Assembly: GCA_963767925.1 (NCBI GenBank)
Contig: CAVYGB010000002.1
Location: forward strand, 768,001 to 832,000
DNA from: an uncultured delta proteobacterium
GTDB taxonomy: Bacteria > Myxococcota_A > Polyangia > Fen-1088
DNA: 64,000 nt
Direction of reading: 5' to 3'
Part shown: piece after piece, positions 13,325 through 23,200 of the stretch
Position numbering within the stretch: the stretch's first letter is position 1
How the letters are laid out: each line of letters begins with the position of its first letter
The notes under the pieces: model-generated
What the model saw: the letters and a program-made list of their open reading frames with translations, nothing else
Told to the model about the DNA's origin: nothing
The model's database searches: none
Translations under genes and position numbers: made by a program

Positions 13325-14881
13325 GTGAAACACCCCCACGTCTGCCCCGGTCCCTTCGGCCAGCTCTCCGACGCCGCCCCGCCGGGCGCCGGCGGCAGCG
13401 GTGAAGCGATGAGCCGCCGGCACTGGATCACCCAGGTGGCCGGGGGCATGGGCGCCTGGGCCCTGCTGTCGCTGCTCGAGCGCGACGGCCGCGCCGCCGG
13501 CCTGGCCCCGGCCATCTCCGGCGACCCCGCAGCCCTCAACCCGCTGCGCGCCCGCCCGCCGCATTTTCCCGCCCGGGCCAAGAACGTCATCTTCCTGATG
13601 ATGGCCGGCGGGCCCAGCCAGATGGAGACGCTCGACCCCAAGCCGGTGCTCGACAAGCTGGCCGGGCAGCGGCTGCCCGAGAGCTTCGGCAAGATCCCCG
13701 CCCAGTTCACCGACGTCACGAAAGAGGTCCTGCTCGGCTGCAAGATCCGCTTCCGCAACAGCGGCCGGTCGGGCATCCCCATCGCCGACGCCTTCCCCCA
13801 CCTGCAGCGCCACGCCGACAAGCTGGCGGTCCTGCGGAGCTGTTACCACGACGCCTTCAACCACTCGCCCGCCCAGTACGTGCTCACCACCGGCATGTCG
13901 CGGCTCGGGTACCCCAGCCTCGGCGCCTGGATCACCTACGGCCTCGGCTCGGTGTCCGACAACCTCCCGGCGATGGTGGTCATGATGGAGGACGACGGGC
14001 GGGTCAAGGGTGGCACGCCCCTGTGGGGCAACGGGTTCCTCCCCGCCATCCACCAGGGCGCGCCCATCCAGACCGGCGGCACGCCGATCCTCTACGTCAA
14101 CCGCCAGGCCGACACGTCCGAGGAGAGCCAGCGCAACACGCTGGACATGGCCCAGTGGCTCAACCGCCGGCACGCCGCCCAGGTCTCGGCCGCCTCGCGC
14201 GAGCTCGACTCGCGCATCGCCGCCTACGAGCTCGCCTACCGCATGCAGACCGCCGCCCCCGAGGCGGTGGACATCACCAGGGAGAGCGCCGCCACCCGCA
14301 AGCTCTACGGCCTCGAGGGGGAGGCCACCCGCAGCTTCGGCACCCGCTGCCTGATCGCCCGCCGGCTTGTCGAGCGGGGCGTGCGCTTCGTGCAGATCAT
14401 CTCCGGCTCGGGCGACACGAAGGACTGGGACCACCACGACGACGCCTACCAGGGGACCATGCGCCAGGCGGGGAAGGTCGACCAGCCGATCGGGGCCCTG
14501 CTGCAGGACCTCGAGGCCCGGGGCAAGCTCGACGAGACCCTGGTTGTGTGGACGGGCGAGTTCGGGCGCACGCCCACCTCCCAGGGCGGCAAGGGCCGCG
14601 ACCACAACCCCAACGGCTACTCGATGTGGATGGCCGGCGGCGGCATCCAGGGCGGCAAGATCATCGGCGCCACCGACGAGATCGGCCTGCGCGCGGTCGA
14701 GGACAAGCTGCACATGCACGACATCCACGCGACAATCCTGTCGCTGCTGGGCCTCGACCACCGCAAGCTGACCTACCTGTTCCAGGGCCGCGAGATGCGC
14801 CTCACCGACGTGGGCGGCGACAACGACCTCGCCCGCCGCCTGGTGGGTGCGCCCGCGGTGCGAGCCGCCGCGGGCGGCTGA
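13325..14881 (+). CDS. DUF1501 family protein
   Basis: SRR leader, GGPSQMETLDPKP, WDHH, GEFGRTP and GRDHNP; usual partner of PSD1 genes; start may be the later ATG (MSRRH). Confidence 0.92.
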   Translation: MKHPHVCPGPFGQLSDAAPPGAGGSGEAMSRRHWITQVAGGMGAWALLSLLERDGRAAGLAPAISGDPAALNPLRARPPHFPARAKNVIFLMMAGGPSQMETLDPKPVLDKLAGQRLPESFGKIPAQFTDVTKEVLLGCKIRFRNSGRSGIPIADAFPHLQRHADKLAVLRSCYHDAFNHSPAQYVLTTGMSRLGYPSLGAWITYGLGSVSDNLPAMVVMMEDDGRVKGGTPLWGNGFLPAIHQGAPIQTGGTPILYVNRQADTSEESQRNTLDMAQWLNRRHAAQVSAASRELDSRIAAYELAYRMQTAAPEAVDITRESAATRKLYGLEGEATRSFGTRCLIARRLVERGVRFVQIISGSGDTKDWDHHDDAYQGTMRQAGKVDQPIGALLQDLEARGKLDETLVVWTGEFGRTPTSQGGKGRDHNPNGYSMWMAGGGIQGGKIIGATDEIGLRAVEDKLHMHDIHATILSLLGLDHRKLTYLFQGREMRLTDVGGDNDLARRLVGAPAVRAAAGG

Positions 14882-14935
14882 GCGGCCTCAGCGGAAGAGC
14901 GGCGCGTGCGGGCCGCCGCGGGTGGCGGAGCGGCC

Positions 14936-15070
14936 TCAGCGGAAGAGCGCCGCGGCCTTGCTGATGGTCTGGGCCACGCCCCACAGCAGGGGCAGGCCGA
15001 CCGCCAGCCAGGCCAGGGCGAGGATGGCGGCGCCGCGGGCGCGGGTCGGGGCGGCGGAGGGATCAGGCAT
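14936..15070 (-). CDS. 44-aa membrane peptide, probable small accessory subunit of the OFA-family MFS transporter
   Basis: MPDPSAAPTRARGAAILALAWLAVGLPLLWGVAQTISKAAALFR; start overlaps the MFS stop; absent from the ORF track. Confidence 0.7.
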   Translation of the reverse strand: MPDPSAAPTRARGAAILALAWLAVGLPLLWGVAQTISKAAALFR

Positions 15071-16442
15071 GGGCCAGCCGGGCCACGTCGCCGCCCTGGG
15101 CGTCTTCGAGGTGGTGGGGGGAGACCGGGCGCAGCGCCAGGTTGGCGAAGAAGGCGATCACCAGCAGGCCGGCCATGATGTAGAGGGTGACGTTGTAGGC
15201 CTGGGAGGCCGGGATGCCCCTGTCGATCTGGAACTGGCGGATGTAGTTGACCAGCACCGGGCCGAGGATCCCCGCCACCGCCCAGGCGGTGAGGAGCCGG
15301 CCGTGCACGGCGCTGACGTAGCGGGTGCCGAAGACGTCGGCCAGGTAGGCGGGGATGGTGGCGAAGCCGCCGCCGTACATGGTGAGGATGAGACAGAAGC
15401 AACCCACGAAGAGGGGCACGCTGCCGAGCGTGCCGGTCAGCGGGGTCAACGCGTACAGCGCGGGGCCGAGCGCGAAGAAGCAGGCGTAGGTCGCCTTGCG
15501 CCCGATCCGGTCCGACAGCGAGGCCCAGATGAAGCGCCCGCCCATGTTGAACAGGCTGAGCAGCCCCACGAAGCCGGCCGCCGCCGCCGGCGTGATGGAT
15601 CCCTTGAACACCTCCTGGATCATCGCCGAGGCCTGGCCGAGCACCCCGATCCCGGCGGTGACGTTGAAGCAGAGGACGACCCAGAGCAGCCAGAACTGGG
15701 GCGTGCGCGGGGCCTGCCCGGGCGTGACGTTGTGGCGCGTGACCAGCGCGCGCGCATCGACCGCCGGCGGCGCCCAGCCGGCCGGCCGCCAGCCCGGCGC
15801 CGGCACCCGGTACCCGAACGCGCCCCCCGCCATGAACAGCAGGTAGACGATCCCGAGCACCACCCAGGTCTGCACCACCCCCGTCGAGGTCGCCGAGGCG
15901 AAGCGGTTCATCAGGATGACCGACAGCGGGGAGGCCACCAGCGCGCCGCCGCCAAAGCCCATGATGGCCATCCCGGTGGCCATCCCGCGCCGATCCGGGA
16001 ACCAGGCGATCAAGGTGGAGACCGGCGTGATGTAGCCGATGCCCAGGCCACAGCCGCCCAGCACCCCGTAGCCGAAGTAGACCAGCCAGAGCTGGTGGGT
16101 CGCGATCCCCAGCGCCCCCACCAGGAACCCTGCCCCCCAGCACAGCGCCGCCACCAGTCCACTCTTGCGCGGCCCCTGCGCCTGCACCCACTTGCCAAAC
16201 ACCGCCGCCGAGGCCCCGAGAAAGAAGATCGCGATGGTGAAGATCCACCCCAGCTCGGTGAGCTTCCAGTCCTCCGGCAACGACCGGGTGATCCCGAGCT
16301 GCCGGGTCAGCGGCAGGTTGAACACGCTGATCGCATAGGCCTGCCCGATACACAGGTGGGTGGCCAGCGCGCAAGGCGGGATCAACCAGCGGGAGAACCC
16401 CGGCCCCGCGATGGTTCGCTCCTTGCTCAGCAACCCTGCCAA
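15063..16442 (-). CDS. OFA-family MFS transporter (oxalate/formate or lactate type)
   Basis: HLCIGQAYA, WFPDRRGMATG and MYGGGFATIPAYLAD; many TM segments; probable TTG start after GGAGG. Confidence 0.9.
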   Translation of the reverse strand: MAGLLSKERTIAGPGFSRWLIPPCALATHLCIGQAYAISVFNLPLTRQLGITRSLPEDWKLTELGWIFTIAIFFLGASAAVFGKWVQAQGPRKSGLVAALCWGAGFLVGALGIATHQLWLVYFGYGVLGGCGLGIGYITPVSTLIAWFPDRRGMATGMAIMGFGGGALVASPLSVILMNRFASATSTGVVQTWVVLGIVYLLFMAGGAFGYRVPAPGWRPAGWAPPAVDARALVTRHNVTPGQAPRTPQFWLLWVVLCFNVTAGIGVLGQASAMIQEVFKGSITPAAAAGFVGLLSLFNMGGRFIWASLSDRIGRKATYACFFALGPALYALTPLTGTLGSVPLFVGCFCLILTMYGGGFATIPAYLADVFGTRYVSAVHGRLLTAWAVAGILGPVLVNYIRQFQIDRGIPASQAYNVTLYIMAGLLVIAFFANLALRPVSPHHLEDAQGGDVARLAHA

Positions 16443-17166
16443 GAGAAACCTCCGATGAAAGCTCCCAAAAAAACTCCGATGGAAAGCCCCGCCGCGCAGC
16501 GCCCACCGAAGGTGGGGTGGCAGGACGGTTCCACGGAGCACCCGGAGGTGTCAACCCAGGATCACCCGCGGAGCCGCGCCGCGCGCGACGCGGTCGCTTG
16601 ACCTGGTCCCCCGTCGGCTTCGCGGCGTCCTCGATGACGAGGCTGGATGCGCAAGCTTCGCCCCGCCCTGCAGATGGCCGCTCCAGCTGGGTGTGGTCTA
16701 CGTGGACTTTCACGCCTGCCTTGCCTTTCCGCGGAGCACGAACGTCCCCTGCCGCCGCCCGCGACCTATGGGACGAAAGAGAGCAGTTCGTCTTCGTGGT
16801 CGACTGCGTGGAAGGTCCGGCGCCAGCGCTTCTCCCGGTCGAACCGAAGATCGTCCTCGGACAGGAACCGTGTGATCATCAAGTGGCCGTCCCGTTAGCC
16901 ATTAGCGGGGTCATATGCGCGCTGTCGCCGGAGGCCGGACAGAAACGGCCTGTGCGTGCCCCGCAGGAGCTGACCACCGCCCAGCCGGGCCGGCGTGCGG
17001 CCGGCTCTGCATGGGGCTGGCGCATCCGATCCAGAACACCCCTGGCAGCGCCTCCACCGTGTACCTGACAGGGGCGGGACCCATTCCGCGGGGGTGGGGA
17101 TGGGCGTACAGTCCCGGGACCGCGCGGCGCTCGGGGGGGTCAGCCGTCGCGAGAAAAGGGATCTTC

Positions 17167-19962
17167 ATGCGATCGGCAGCGGTGACTCTCGGACTCCTCT
17201 TGCTCGGGCATCTGCCTGGGTCGTTCTTCTCTCCTCTCTTCGGGCCCTCGCGGGCGCTGGCTCAGGGAGGCGCGGCGGGATCGGTGGTCGGTTACGTCTA
17301 CGACCAGTCGGGCCAGCCCTTGCCGGGGGTCAAGGTCGCGCTGCAGTCGCCGACCCAGATCGGCGGCACCCGGGTCGGCTACACCGACGCGAGCGGGTTC
17401 TTCCGCTTCGCCCAGCTCTTCCCCGGCAAGTTCGAGCTGACCTCCAGCGCGCCCAGGATGAAGAGCTACATCGGCAAGGACATCCAGGTGGGGGTCGGCG
17501 CGGCGGTCGAGCTGAACATCGTGATGGAGCTGGAGACGGGCAACATCGAGGAGGTGAAGGTGGTCGAGAAGGCGCCCCTGGTGAGCACCACCACCAGCAA
17601 CGTCAAGGAGGTGTACGACCTCGAGTACCTGGAGGCGCTGCCGATGGTCTCGCGCGACCAGGTCCACACCCAGATGATCAACGAGGTCGCGGGGGCCAAC
17701 AACGGCCGCATGCGCGGGGGCTCGGTCAACCAGACGCTGTTCACCCAGGACGGCTTCGAGCTCAACCAGATCAACGGGGACTATCCGCCGCTGAAGTCCT
17801 CGGCGGCCTACGAGGTCAACACCGCCGGCTACGGCGCCGACGCCCCCAGCTCGCCGGGGGGCATGTTCAACCTGGTGACGAAGTCGGGCTCGAACCGCAC
17901 CGAGTTCGACTTCAACGCCACCGCCGAGGCCGACCAGCTCCGCTTCTTCCACGACAACCGGGACGCGCCCGGGACCGGCATCGGGCCGCTGGGCCAGGGG
18001 GCCAGCTCCTACTACATCCTGGCGCCCACCGTCGGCGGGCCCATCATCCGGGACAAGCTCTGGTACTTCTTCTCCGACGAGACCCACATCATCGGCCGCA
18101 CGCGCACCACCAATCCGGAGGGGATCCTCGGCGACCGGCTGCCCTACAGCAAGTTCTTCCACAAGGGGACCTTGAAGGTCACCTGGCAGATGACCGCGCG
18201 GAGCAAGCTCTCGAGCGTCACCAACCTGGGCTTCCCGATCACCGAGGGGAACATGCGCCCCGAGCTCGGCGTCAACCAGGAGGCGCAGCGGTTCCGGCTG
18301 GGCCGCCGCCTGTTCAGCGGCCTCATCTGGGAGTCCTTGCTGCGCGACAACCTCGTGCTGCGGGCCCAGGCCGGCTTCCGCTCGATCTTCAGCCACGTCT
18401 ACCCCGGGAGCTGCCGGGACGACGCCGACGGCTGCGACCACGTCCCCTCGGTCACCAACCTGTTCCCGCGCCAGTTCTGGGCGGGCAACGACAACCAGCA
18501 CACGCGCGACGACCTGTTTTCGGTGCAGACGCTGACCGCCCTCGACTGGTACCCGCGGGGGCGGCTGCTGGGCGAGCACAGCCTCAGCTTCAAGCACCGC
18601 TACTACACCGAGACCAACACCCAGTACCGGTCGGTGCCGGGCGACCAGGTGACCGAGCTGAACGGCAACGAGCCCTCGGCCCAGACCACCTTCTTCGCCA
18701 ACGACCCGCGCTACGAGCCGGCGCGCACCGGCTGGTTCATCACCGAGGCCAGCCACTTCCGCAGCATCGCGACCGTGAGCGATTCCTGGAAGCCGGTGCG
18801 CAGCCTGACCCTGATCCCCTCGCTGTCGCACGCCTGGGCCGCGGGCGGCAACAGCCGGGGCGACACGGTCAACAACACAACCTGGATCCCCGGGCTGGCC
18901 GGCGCCTGGGACGCCACCGGGGACGGACGCACGGTGGTGCGCAGCAGCCTCAGCACCTACGTCGACGTCGACCTGCTGGAAGCGGCCCGCCACACCGTGG
19001 GCACCCAGCCCCAGCGCCGCTGCCGCTGGAGCCCGGCCGACCAGGCCTACACCCAGGAGTGCACCTTCAGCGGCGGCGTCACCAGCAACACCTTCGGCTC
19101 GCCCTGCGGCCCCACCGGCATCCGCCCCGACGGCACGAGCTGCCGGCAGAGGCTGACCCTGCCCCGCACCTTCGAGGCGGTGTTCGGGGGCGAGCGGGAG
19201 CTGGTGCAGGGACTGGCGATGTCGCTCGACCTCATCTACCGGAAGTTCGAGAACCAGTTCGACCGGCGCGAGACAAACCGGATCTGGAACGGGGGCGGCA
19301 CCGAGCTGGCCCGGGTCGGCTCCTTCCGCAACGGCCGGGCCCAGACCGTCTCCGACCTGTCGACCCCCGACGAGTCGTGGCGCCGGTACCAGGGCGTCAC
19401 CATGGGCCTCAACAAGCGCGAGGGCCGCTTCAAGACCCACCTCGAATACACCCTGTCGCGCCTGACCGGCACCCACCAGGAGGTCGACAACCTCTACGGC
19501 GACATCCCCGCGCGCGACGTCTACCTCGAGGGCTACCTGCCCGAAGATCATCGGCACGAGATCAAGGGGACGCTCGCCTACCAGGCCACGCCCTGGCTGG
19601 CCTTCGGCGCGCGCTACCGCTACCTGTCCGGTCAGCCGTACAGCCGCCTCTTCTTCAACCCGGTCACCAACACCTGGGACCTGTACAAGGCCCCGCTCGG
19701 CATCAACCCCGGCACCGATCTCAACGACCCCAACGACGACCGCGCGCTCCGCCTGCCCGACCTGCAAGACCTCAACGTCCAGGTCCGCCTCAACCTCTTG
19801 CCCCTGGTCGGCCACAAGGTCGACTTCTACGTCGACGTCCTCAACGCCCTGGCCCTGCGCACCGCCACCAGCTACGGCCAGCAAGAGCTGCGCGACTTCG
19901 GCGTCGAGAACGGCTGGCTCCCCCCCTTCCGCATCCGCCTGGGCGTGAACTACCGCTATTGA
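17167..19962 (+). CDS. TonB-dependent receptor-like outer-membrane protein with carboxypeptidase-regulatory-like N-domain (Oar-like)
   Basis: Signal peptide, GYVYDQSGQPLPGV, NLVTKSGSN, GGPIIRDKLWYF and aromatic C-terminus (VNYRY). Confidence 0.85.
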   Translation: MRSAAVTLGLLLLGHLPGSFFSPLFGPSRALAQGGAAGSVVGYVYDQSGQPLPGVKVALQSPTQIGGTRVGYTDASGFFRFAQLFPGKFELTSSAPRMKSYIGKDIQVGVGAAVELNIVMELETGNIEEVKVVEKAPLVSTTTSNVKEVYDLEYLEALPMVSRDQVHTQMINEVAGANNGRMRGGSVNQTLFTQDGFELNQINGDYPPLKSSAAYEVNTAGYGADAPSSPGGMFNLVTKSGSNRTEFDFNATAEADQLRFFHDNRDAPGTGIGPLGQGASSYYILAPTVGGPIIRDKLWYFFSDETHIIGRTRTTNPEGILGDRLPYSKFFHKGTLKVTWQMTARSKLSSVTNLGFPITEGNMRPELGVNQEAQRFRLGRRLFSGLIWESLLRDNLVLRAQAGFRSIFSHVYPGSCRDDADGCDHVPSVTNLFPRQFWAGNDNQHTRDDLFSVQTLTALDWYPRGRLLGEHSLSFKHRYYTETNTQYRSVPGDQVTELNGNEPSAQTTFFANDPRYEPARTGWFITEASHFRSIATVSDSWKPVRSLTLIPSLSHAWAAGGNSRGDTVNNTTWIPGLAGAWDATGDGRTVVRSSLSTYVDVDLLEAARHTVGTQPQRRCRWSPADQAYTQECTFSGGVTSNTFGSPCGPTGIRPDGTSCRQRLTLPRTFEAVFGGERELVQGLAMSLDLIYRKFENQFDRRETNRIWNGGGTELARVGSFRNGRAQTVSDLSTPDESWRRYQGVTMGLNKREGRFKTHLEYTLSRLTGTHQEVDNLYGDIPARDVYLEGYLPEDHRHEIKGTLAYQATPWLAFGARYRYLSGQPYSRLFFNPVTNTWDLYKAPLGINPGTDLNDPNDDRALRLPDLQDLNVQVRLNLLPLVGHKVDFYVDVLNALALRTATSYGQQELRDFGVENGWLPPFRIRLGVNYRY

Positions 19963-20057
19963 TTCAGGGAACGATGGATCGCCCCCGCCCTCGTGCGGGC
20001 GGGGGTTTTCCATTCGAAGCAGGACCTTCGCGTGCCCGTCCCCGTCCCCGGGAACGG

Positions 20058-20624
20058 TCAGCGGGCGCGCATGCGGTTGTTCTTCGGCAAGTGCTCGACC
20101 TCGGCCAGCTTCAGCGCCTCCAGGACGGGCGGCAAATACACCCCGAAGCGCCCGCGCAGCCCCTTCTTCAGCCCGTACCAGCCCCCGACGGGGTTCTTCG
20201 CCGACCGGCCCCACGCTTCGACGGTTCCGGCGAGGGCGGGCTTCTGCTCGTCCGCCCCGCCGAGGGCCATCCAGTCGCCGTGAGCGACGAGCATCGCCCG
20301 CAAGTCATCGATGCAGCTCAGGTGGTAGCGAAGCTCGGTCTTGCCGACCCGGACCACCAGCGCCGGCGGATCGGCCCCCGGGTCGCGGAACGCCAGGAAC
20401 TCGGAGGCGCCCGGCGGCGTCTTCAGCACCCACGGCCTCTCCCGCGTCCCCCCCTTCCCCGCCCCCCCGTCGCTCGCCTTGACGCCACTCGCGCCCCTGG
20501 CGGCCTTCGCCGGCAGCGGGACCTTGACCGACTTGGAGGCCTTCACGGCCTTCGCGCCCGGCGGCCTTCCGGAACCCTTCCCCGGCCTCAGGAGCTTCGT
20601 GGGTCTTGCAACCTTCGCAACCAT
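20058..20624 (-). CDS. Conserved hypothetical protein (DUF6855-like) with Lys/Ala-rich N-terminal extension
   Basis: PWVLKTPPG, GTVEAWGRS.NPVGGWYGL and NNRMRA match the family as recalled. Confidence 0.75.
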   Translation of the reverse strand: MVAKVARPTKLLRPGKGSGRPPGAKAVKASKSVKVPLPAKAARGASGVKASDGGAGKGGTRERPWVLKTPPGASEFLAFRDPGADPPALVVRVGKTELRYHLSCIDDLRAMLVAHGDWMALGGADEQKPALAGTVEAWGRSAKNPVGGWYGLKKGLRGRFGVYLPPVLEALKLAEVEHLPKNNRMRAR

Positions 20625-20769
20625 GAGCCATCCCCTCCGTGTGACGAGCGCGCGCGAAGCGGTCAGTTGAACGTGGCGGTGACGAGCAGCGGGACGGGGG
20701 GGGCGGTGCGATCCGGGATCAGCGGCAGGTGAGAGGTTGTGAGGCGGTGAAGCTAGGAGCGGCTGACGG

Positions 20770-20990
20770 CCGGGCTGGCCTGGACGTCCACGTCGGGGTG
20801 GTGGCGCGTGAGGGCGACGCGGGCTCGGAGCGGAGCGCGCTGGCGATGAGCCAGGCCTTCCTGGCGCTGGGGAACGTCTCGTGCAGGGGCTGCCCGGTCA
20901 AGGCATGCAGATCGCCTATCAGGACGGGGCGGCCTTCGCGGCCCTGCTCGAGCGGCGGGGCATCGACGTGGTCTACCTCTGCCGGGGCTC
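20770..20990 (+). pseudogene. Frameshifted fragment, possibly YfiR-like
   Basis: VHVGVVAREGDAGSERSA and AYQDGAAFAALLERRGIDVVYLC lie in different frames. Confidence 0.35.
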
Positions 20991-21124
20991 GAGGGCGACC
21001 TCGCCGGGATCCTCGAGGTCACCCGGAGGCGCGACGTCCTCTCGATGGCGGCAAGGAGGAGCACGTCAGCGCGGGCGCCTCGATCGGCGCCTTCCCCGTC
21101 GACGGCGACCTGGCGGGACCAGGC

Positions 21125-21368
21125 CACCGAGGCTCCATTCGTCCGCGACGAACAGATCGTAGCCCACGCCGGCCATCCCCCCGAAGCCCAGGCCCACCTT
21201 GCCCGGGCGCTCTCCGCTGCCGTCGAGGTAGCCTGCAGCGAACAGCAAGCCGGCCTGCAGGTGCAGGCCGCCGGCCGGATCGAGGTAATAGTCGACGAAG
21301 GGCCCGGTACCGGAGACGTGTTGTCCGCCGGCGTCGACCCCGTCGTAGTCAGGCCCGGGCGCGACCAT
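21125..21368 (-). pseudogene. Outer-membrane beta-barrel protein fragment
   Basis: GPFVDYYLDPAGGLHLQAGL...GVGYDLFVADEWSLG with no signal peptide or proper end. Confidence 0.5.
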
Positions 21369-21449
21369 GGGGAACGTCCTCCACCCGTCGACCGACCCGG
21401 GCCGCAGGGTCCACCTCGATCGCCAGCTCGCTGGCGATGTTCGCGCCCT

Positions 21450-21872
21450 AGCACGACGGCCGCGTCGTCCGCATCGCCGACCGCTACCAGGGCAAGCGGC
21501 TCACCAGCCCCAACGACGTCGTGGTGAAGACCGACGGCTCGATCTGGTTCACCGATCCGCCTACGGCCCGCCCGACTACGACGGCGACAAGGCCGAGCAG
21601 CGACCTCGGCAGAAGGCCGTCTTCGTCGCGCCGGAGGTAACAAAATGTACCGATATTCGACCCCCCCGGCCCGCGTTCGGTCGACGAGAATCTTCCCGCC
21701 GCTCCGGCCGAAGCCAGCAGGTCGCGCTCCGCCTCGCCGCGACGGCACCTGCCGGCGGCGCGCTCTTCGCCGCCAGCAGGCCGGGCGCTTCGACGGGTTC
21801 CGCCTGCCGACGCAGGGCCGCATCGCCTCCACCGGCGAGGGCGTCCACTGCTCGAACTCGACGGCACGCTGA
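21450..21872 (+). pseudogene. SMP-30/gluconolactonase fragment
   Basis: DGRVVRIADRYQGKRLTSPNDVVVKTDGSIWFTDPP, then frameshifted FDGFR and GEGVHC. Confidence 0.75.
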
Positions 21873-22200
21873 TCGGCATCCGGACCCGAGGTCCTCTCCA
21901 GCGTCGTCCGTGACTCCACCGCACCCGGCCGCCCATCGGCCACGAAGGTGACCACCACCTCGGTCGGATGCTGCGCATCGGTCCCCGGATAGAAGTCGAG
22001 CACCAGCCGCCCCGGCGCCTCCCACACCCGCACCCACGGCCCAGCTCCTGCTCGCGTCCGTCCGAGGCCCGCTCCCAGACCACCGCCCCTCGGGCACGAG
22101 CCGGATCACGTCGCTGCGCGGATCCTGGAGGGCGGCGCCGCGACTCCGGCCATCCCCACTCCGAAGGGCCCGCTCCGTCGGAACAGCGCGAACGCCCGGC
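21873..22200 (-). pseudogene. SRPBCC/AHSA1-domain gene remnant
   Basis: VWERASDGREQELG and RVWEAPGRLVLDFYPG..PTEVVVTF split across frames. Confidence 0.6.
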
Positions 22201-22289
22201 CTGTATCACACGGCAGCCACACCGACTTCGCCTGGAGTGCTCGGGCTCAGCTTCCGTTCGCCAAGCTCCGCGACGGGAGCTGGGCCGAG

Positions 22290-22557
22290 ACGCGTCGATC
22301 CACATCCCAGAACTCGTCGAGAAAGGCCCGCACCGAAGCGAACCCTTGCACCCGGACCGCATAGACCACTCCGCACCCCCTCCGCCCGCGCCCTCGGCCA
22401 GCCCCGCCTCGTCGAGCAACCGCAGGTGCCTCGACACCGCCGGCCGACTCACCGGCAACTTCGCCGCCAGGTCCGCCACCGAAAGCGGCGCCACCCGGCA
22501 ACTTCGGCATCTCGCCGCCGCACCGGACTCCCCAGCGCATCGAGCGCGATGCCCCAT
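22290..22557 (-). pseudogene. ArsR/SmtB family regulator, frameshifted
   Basis: ALDALGSPVRR, SVADLAAKLPVSRPAVSRHLRLLDEAGL and YAVRVQGFASVRAFLDEFW lie in three frames. Confidence 0.75.
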
Positions 22558-22739
22558 GGTAACCCCAGGGTTACGCGAATCTGGAGTCCCCGGGAGCGAG
22601 GCTGCGGGGCGTGCGGCGGAGGCGGCACGACTGCGGCTGCGTGGCGGTCCTTGCCGGAGATGTGGTCACTCCGCGCGAGTGAGCGCGCCCGGGCGGGCCA
22701 CCCGACGGCGCCCACCGGGTAACGGCCCCCACGTGCGCC

Positions 22740-22945
22740 GCCGCCCCAAGGTGAAGCTGCTCCCCTATGACGGAATGGCCACCCCCCGCCACTTCACCCG
22801 CCTCGAGAAGGCCATCGACCGCGCCCGCTTCGAGGTCCCCATCGCCGCCGTCTACCCCCTCGCCCGCGCCGCCGCCGCCCACGCCCGCGCCGAGAAGGGC
22901 GGCGTCCTGGGCCGCATCGTCCTCCGCATCAGCGGCCCCGCCTGA
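22740..22945 (+). pseudogene. C-terminal fragment of a zinc-binding/quinone oxidoreductase
   Basis: IAAVYPLARAAAAHARAEKGGVLGRIVLRI with no N-terminal domains. Confidence 0.65.
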
Positions 22946-23200
22946 CCCCGTGAGAGGCGGGCGACCACATCGACGACGTCAATCTGGATGCGAACGCAAG
23001 TGAACGGGTAGTCGGGCGGTAGTCGGGCTGGCTTTCTCGCCTGCATGTCCCGCCTCATCGATAACCGGTTTGGTGGCAGGATCGTTCGTCACGACCTCTA
23101 CGACCTTTGCGTCGCGCGACGTCCGGAATGATGACGTGGCAGACGGAAACGCGGCCCTACCGGCCATTGCGGCGGATGGTCGGGCCCACTCCGGGCGGGT

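Noticed and set aside
16766..16880. 37-aa minus-strand ORF (MITRFLSEDDLRFDREKRW..)
   Set aside because: No clear RBS or recognisable motif; cannot be supported without homology data
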